From the NCBI GenBank assembly GCA_029564175.1, contig JAKQQL010000234.1, positions 1 through 50,269 of the forward strand: DNA of 50,269 nucleotides. Direction: 5' to 3'. Position 1 is the first letter of the stretch, and every line of letters begins with the position of its first letter. Both the position numbers and the translations under genes were made by a program. Shown here one piece after another: positions 45,315-50,269 of the stretch. Origin of the DNA: Candidatus Cloacimonadota bacterium. Lineage in GTDB: Bacteria > Cloacimonadota > Cloacimonadia > Cloacimonadales > WRIO01. The notes beneath the pieces were generated by a model. The model had not been told where the DNA came from and made no database searches. It saw only the letters and a list, made by a program, of their open reading frames with translations.

Positions 45315-47003
45315 ATGAAACGTATTAAATTGTTTACAATCCTGATTCTGATTGGATTAACCATGAATCTGAATATTGGTGTTTTACACGCTAAAGACAA
45401 AGCTGATAAGAAATCCAAAGCGTTTATGGGTGTTTATTCAGAAAATATAAGCGAGGAAGCCGCTCAGAGACTTAATTTGAAGAATGACAAAGGATTGTTG
45501 ATAACGGGTGTGGGTGAAAATTCTCCTGCATTTAAACAAGGATTGAAAGCCGATGATGTCATTATTCGTATCAATGATACTGAAATTACAGTGAAAGATG
45601 ATTTTACCAAGATAATGGCTGGTTTTTTTGAAGGCGATCAGATTAACCTGACTTATGTCAGAGAAGGCAAGTCGGTTACGATTCCTTTTGTGTTTGGTTC
45701 AAAACCAATTCCTGAAAAACCTGGAAAATTTGCTCTCAAAGAAGCGCAGCAGAAACAGATCAATCAGCTTTTAACCTTGATCAATGATCATCAAAAAACG
45801 ATGGGTAGTCTGGCAGTTGCTAAAAAAGGCAAAGTCGTTTATACGCAGTCTATTGGATTTAAAAGCATAACAACAGACAATCAGCAAGTTGCAGATGAAA
45901 ATACCAAATTCAGAATCGGCTCAATCAGCAAGATGTTTACTTCTGTGATGATTTATCAGTTGATTGAAGAAGGAAAACTGAGTTTAGATACTAAACTTAA
46001 AGAATTTTACCCGATGATTCCTCATGCTGAGAAGATTACAATTCAAATGATGTTAACGCATCAGAGCGGTATCTATTCAGTAACAGATGCTCCTGATTAT
46101 CTGGATTGGTGTCAGCAGTACAGAGGTCATGACTTTCTGATAGAGAAAATGCTCACTCAGCAAGCTGTTTTTCTTCCAGGTGAAAAAATGGAGTACAGTA
46201 ACTCAAACTATATTCTTTTAGGCTATATTATTGAAAAATTAGATAAATGTGATTATGCTCAATCTCTTAAAAACCGAATTGTACAAAAAATAAACCTGAG
46301 AAACACCTTTTATGGTGGCAAAATCAATACAGATTATAACGAAGCACTATCATATCGATTTGTGAAAAACTGGGAACCAGCAATTGAAACCGATATGAGT
46401 ATCCCTGGTGGTGCTGGTGCGATAATCTCTACTCCTTCTGACCTGGTTCAGTTTATTGATGCCTTGTTTAATAAAAAATTGATCAGCAAGAAGAGTTTGA
46501 GACAGATGATGGTATTTAGAGATGGAATGGGTAGCGGAATGATTCAGTTTGATACCGGAAATCAGATGTTTTATGGTCATACTGGTGGAATAGACGGATT
46601 TTCTTCAATTCTGGTTTATAACCCAAAAGACAGAGTCTCATTATCTTTTGTATCAAATGGAGCCGTATATCCGGCATCAAACATTACTTTTACTGTAACA
46701 GATATCGTTTATGGTAAAAAAGTGGAAATGCCGAAGTTTAGAGAGGAAATACAGCTAAAAGATTTAAATATTTATGCAGGCACTTTTCAGAATGATGAGA
46801 TCAAGATGGATATTGCGGTAACTGTAAATGATAATGTATTATATGCTCAGGCAAGTGGTCAGGGAAAATTCCCTCTTTCAGCTTTTGATAAGCACAAGTT
46901 TCAATTTGAACCTGCAGGTATCGTTGTCGAGTTTTCTGATGATAGTCAGCAGTTCATACTTTTTCAGGGAAAACAGCAGTTGGTTTTTAAACGATTGAAA
47001 TAA
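45315..47003 (+). CDS. Secreted serine hydrolase (beta-lactamase C/S12 family) with N-terminal PDZ and C-terminal DUF3471-like domain
   Basis: PDZ: FMGV..SPAFKQGLKADDVIIRIN; SISK, YSN and HTG catalytic motifs; C-terminal YAGTF..QASGQ..F. Confidence 0.92.
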   Translation: MKRIKLFTILILIGLTMNLNIGVLHAKDKADKKSKAFMGVYSENISEEAAQRLNLKNDKGLLITGVGENSPAFKQGLKADDVIIRINDTEITVKDDFTKIMAGFFEGDQINLTYVREGKSVTIPFVFGSKPIPEKPGKFALKEAQQKQINQLLTLINDHQKTMGSLAVAKKGKVVYTQSIGFKSITTDNQQVADENTKFRIGSISKMFTSVMIYQLIEEGKLSLDTKLKEFYPMIPHAEKITIQMMLTHQSGIYSVTDAPDYLDWCQQYRGHDFLIEKMLTQQAVFLPGEKMEYSNSNYILLGYIIEKLDKCDYAQSLKNRIVQKINLRNTFYGGKINTDYNEALSYRFVKNWEPAIETDMSIPGGAGAIISTPSDLVQFIDALFNKKLISKKSLRQMMVFRDGMGSGMIQFDTGNQMFYGHTGGIDGFSSILVYNPKDRVSLSFVSNGAVYPASNITFTVTDIVYGKKVEMPKFREEIQLKDLNIYAGTFQNDEIKMDIAVTVNDNVLYAQASGQGKFPLSAFDKHKFQFEPAGIVVEFSDDSQQFILFQGKQQLVFKRLK

Positions 47004-47023
47004 TACCCCATATCTTATTATTT

Positions 47024-47059
47024 AAGCAGGCTATGTGATGATAGTCTGCTTGTTTATTT
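47024..47059 (+). terminator. Intrinsic terminator
   Basis: AAGCAGGCTAT / ATAGTCTGCTT + GTTTATTT. Confidence 0.75.
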
Positions 47060-47236
47060 GTAAAAAAGTATTGTGACTGCATGTTTGTAAATCGTTTTTT
47101 CAAAGAAATGAAGAATCAATTTATACAGCCAAGAATAATAAAGAAAAATTAACCATATTTTTGTTGACAAAATACAGGTATTCAAAAATATCGAACAAAA
47201 AGATAAAAAGTTCAAAAATTAGAAGTAGGAGAATGT

Positions 47237-49564
47237 ATGAAATTCAAGTGGATGATAGTCTGTATTGTTTTGATGGTTGTGAGTTGCCTAAGTGCAGCAA
47301 ACATCAGCGGTACAGTCGTTAATAAGGCAAACGGACAAGCGATTGAATATGCCAATGTGATTTTAAAAGAAAGCCAACAGGGGGCATCTACCAATCATAA
47401 AGGCTATTTTGTAATTACGCAGGTAAAACCTGGCAAATATACGCTATTTATTTCGTTGATTGGTTATGAACCGCTTTTACAAGAAGTGATCATCAAAAAT
47501 AACAAGGATGATGCCTTTTCAAAATTTGAATTAGTGAAAAAAACAATTGAGATGCAGGCGACTCAGGTGAAGGCTAAGTATGAAGAGGATGAGATAAACT
47601 CAAAACAAATCCGTGTGAGTAATACCATTCATACAACTGCTCAAATTCAGGAGACTGTTACAGCCGGTGAAGCAGACGTGATCAGAGCGATTATTGCTTT
47701 ACCAGGTGTTACCCCGATTTCTGACTTTTCCAGTGGAATGTATGTCAGAGGTGGTAGTCCTGATCAAAATCTGATTTTGTTAGATGATATTGATGTCTAT
47801 AATCCCAATCATTTTGGTGGTATCTTTTCCACTTTTAACACCGATGCCGTTGACAACATTGAGTTGTTAAAAGGCGGTTTTCCTTCAAAGTACGGAGAGA
47901 GACTCTCATCCGTTTTAAATGTTAGAAATCGTGACGGTAACCGTAAAGAGATGGAAGGTGTATCCAGACTGAGTTTTATTTCTGCCAGCACAACGGTTGA
48001 AGGCCCTTGGAAGATTGGTTCTCATGAAGGTTCATACATGGGCTCATTCAGAAGAAGCTATGTCGATATGGTGGCAAAGTTTATCGATGAAATCCCAGAT
48101 TATTATTTTTATGATGGTCATGCAAAAATTAATTATGATCTCGACATGAAGAACAAATTGAGTATCAGTACCTATTTTGGAAAAGACAGACTGAATATGG
48201 ACTTAGGTACCAAGATGGCGATTGAATGGGGTAACAGTACATTTACTGCACAATGGGTTCATCTATTTACTGCTCAGCTGTTTTCTCATTTCATCGTTGC
48301 GGGCAGTACCTTTGAATCTAATTTTGGTTTAAAAACCGATGGTGGTGCCAAAATGGATAGAAAAAACACGATTTCTGACCTGACAGTTAAAGGCATTATG
48401 AGTTATAAACCAAACAATGATCATTTATGGGAATTTGGTTTTGAGAATAAGTTTAATGATATTCGTTTTAATTTTACAACCAGTGAAGCGTTCGACCCTG
48501 AAAAGACACCCAACATTAAAATCGATGCGCTGACCAGTTCCGTTTACTTTCAGGATACCTGGGATATGGATATATACTGGAGTTTACAACCAGGCTTGAG
48601 AATTTCCAATCATAGATCTCTGGATGTCAATTTACCTTCAGCTCCCAAAGCCGATTATACCAGAGTTTCTCCCCGTATATCCCTGCGCAGGGTACTGGAT
48701 GAAAATAGTAATGTATATGTCTCTTACGGCAAGTATTATCAGTATCTGACCTTAATCAGTGTTGGAATGAGCTCCCCATTTGACGTCTGGTTCCCATTGG
48801 ATGATACCGTTGAGCCAGGCGAATCAGATCACTATATACTTGGTTACAAACGTGAGTTAACTGCTGGTTTAGTACTTGAAACAGAAGCGTATTATAAGAC
48901 TTATGATAATCTGACAGAATACCGAATGGAAACTGATTATGAATGGAATAATAATACGGGTACACTGAAAGATGTATTCAATCTTGGAAAAGGTTATACG
49001 CAGGGTATGGATGTCCTTTTACGTAATGATATTTTTGGAATGTCAGGATTTATTGGCTATACTTACAGTAACACCAGAAGAAAGATCGAAGAATATAATA
49101 CAAATCCTGATACAAACGAACCGGAGTATTATTACCCCAAATATGATAAAACTCACTCTCTGAGCGTGATTGAAAGTTATAATATGACTCAGCATACCGG
49201 CAGACAGCTGTGGGGCGCAGACATCAAATTTGCAGTCAATTATTCTCTGGCAAGCGGTCAACCTGATCCAATTCCTGAACAGTATTACTATGACGGTAAT
49301 TATTTTTCTATTCTCTATAGTTATTCTGATCGTACCCGACTACCGAATTACTCACGTTGTGATGTGAGCTTTAAACTCCAGTGGAACAAAAAGCATTATA
49401 CGATTGAACCATATATTCAAATTATTAACTTGTTTAACCGAAAAAATATCTGGACCAGAGCTTATAATTTTGATGTGGATAATGCAGGGAATTTTAGTCT
49501 GAAACATGAAGATGCAACCATGTTCCCCAGACTGCCATTCTTAGGTGTGGATATTAAATGGTAA
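47237..49564 (+). CDS. TonB-dependent receptor with N-terminal carboxypeptidase-regulatory-like domain
   Basis: ISGTV..IEYANV, plug LPGV..YVRGGSPDQNLILLD, KGGFPSKYG, NLFNRKN, terminal aromatic W. Confidence 0.93.
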   Translation: MKFKWMIVCIVLMVVSCLSAANISGTVVNKANGQAIEYANVILKESQQGASTNHKGYFVITQVKPGKYTLFISLIGYEPLLQEVIIKNNKDDAFSKFELVKKTIEMQATQVKAKYEEDEINSKQIRVSNTIHTTAQIQETVTAGEADVIRAIIALPGVTPISDFSSGMYVRGGSPDQNLILLDDIDVYNPNHFGGIFSTFNTDAVDNIELLKGGFPSKYGERLSSVLNVRNRDGNRKEMEGVSRLSFISASTTVEGPWKIGSHEGSYMGSFRRSYVDMVAKFIDEIPDYYFYDGHAKINYDLDMKNKLSISTYFGKDRLNMDLGTKMAIEWGNSTFTAQWVHLFTAQLFSHFIVAGSTFESNFGLKTDGGAKMDRKNTISDLTVKGIMSYKPNNDHLWEFGFENKFNDIRFNFTTSEAFDPEKTPNIKIDALTSSVYFQDTWDMDIYWSLQPGLRISNHRSLDVNLPSAPKADYTRVSPRISLRRVLDENSNVYVSYGKYYQYLTLISVGMSSPFDVWFPLDDTVEPGESDHYILGYKRELTAGLVLETEAYYKTYDNLTEYRMETDYEWNNNTGTLKDVFNLGKGYTQGMDVLLRNDIFGMSGFIGYTYSNTRRKIEEYNTNPDTNEPEYYYPKYDKTHSLSVIESYNMTQHTGRQLWGADIKFAVNYSLASGQPDPIPEQYYYDGNYFSILYSYSDRTRLPNYSRCDVSFKLQWNKKHYTIEPYIQIINLFNRKNIWTRAYNFDVDNAGNFSLKHEDATMFPRLPFLGVDIKW

Positions 49565-49590
49565 TTTTAATGGGCGAAAGGAATTTTACG

Positions 49591-50269
49591 ATGAAAACTA
49601 TAAAAATGATATTCATTCTCAGTGCAGTGTTAGTGTTATTAAGTTCATGCGCTGATTATACTTCAGAACCTCGTTACACAAAGGAAAGATATGTCGTTAC
49701 TGGCATGCTGTTTACTGGTCAGGGGCTTACTATGGAAAATCCTATATCGGTAGGGAAAACATTTAATGCCAACGGCGGTAATATCCAAAACATTTCGGTT
49801 GACTCTGCTTCTGTAAAAATTATAGATGTGACTGATAATGATAAAGTGTATCCTTTGACATATGGTTTTGATCTGCTAAATCTTAAATTTGGTTATTATG
49901 AGCCAAGCGGAAATTTAGTTATTTCTTCTGGTCATACCTACAAATTAGAGGCAATCATTGGGGCTGATACGGTGAGTGCTGTTACAACTGTTCCAGACTC
50001 GATCAGAGTCGTTGAAAATGCCGGATACTCATTCTCAAATATTAGACCTTATCAAACGATGAAGTATGATCTGGTTGATTTGGATTATAAAACATGGATT
50101 GAAACTTTCTCTCCAGATAATGTCAATATATGGGTGGAATACTATTGTCTCGATGAATGGGATGAAGTAGAATACACCATGCCTTTTGGCAATATTACCA
50201 AGCCTGAAGATGAAGAAGAATATGAAAATATGACCGATGGCTCACCCAGAAAACATACAGGATACTACC
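49591..50269 (+). CDS. Lipoprotein (DUF4249-like), truncated by the window end
   Basis: MKTIKMIFILSAVLVLLSS-C lipobox; YVVTGML, GHTYKLE, AVTTVP; follows the TonB receptor; not in the ORF track because it has no stop in the window. Confidence 0.8.
   Translation, partial: MKTIKMIFILSAVLVLLSSCADYTSEPRYTKERYVVTGMLFTGQGLTMENPISVGKTFNANGGNIQNISVDSASVKIIDVTDNDKVYPLTYGFDLLNLKFGYYEPSGNLVISSGHTYKLEAIIGADTVSAVTTVPDSIRVVENAGYSFSNIRPYQTMKYDLVDLDYKTWIETFSPDNVNIWVEYYCLDEWDEVEYTMPFGNITKPEDEEEYENMTDGSPRKHTGYY

Overview
AT-rich bacterial chromosomal window of mostly housekeeping, envelope and signalling genes. It is most consistent with Candidatus Cloacimonadota or a related FCB-group anaerobe; this is inferred from secreted proteins with 'YPNPFNP...IYN.KGQ' C-terminal domains, a gingipain-like C25 protease, a TonB receptor/DUF4249 pair and a 7/5-type tRNA-Sec fold. 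Genes include comEC, an AI-2E transporter, a DUF4390/NtrY-like/NtrX-like operon, sppA, a degenerate UvrC-like gene, purC, a rubrerythrin-like gene, yigZ, an M29 aminopeptidase, radC, a LysMx6-M23 peptidase/HspR-like/sigma70 cluster, ptb, rlmH, an MltB fusion, recG, fadL, a WD40 protein, an RsbU-like phosphatase, pmbA-tldD and a PDZ-serine hydrolase. The standout is a tRNA at 14023-14117 with full selenocysteine-tRNA architecture (6-bp D stem, 4-nt D loop, 6-bp anticodon stem, long variable arm, G73) but a GCA (cysteine) anticodon. This suggests Sec is inserted at UGC/UGU codons rather than UGA. Other notable items: an in-frame TAG splitting an otherwise intact histidine kinase, a composite REP-like element present twice in the same position relative to transcription, a sigma54 promoter before pmbA-tldD, and a tandem pair of unknown secreted paralogues. 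No CRISPR array, rRNA, integrase or transposase was seen.
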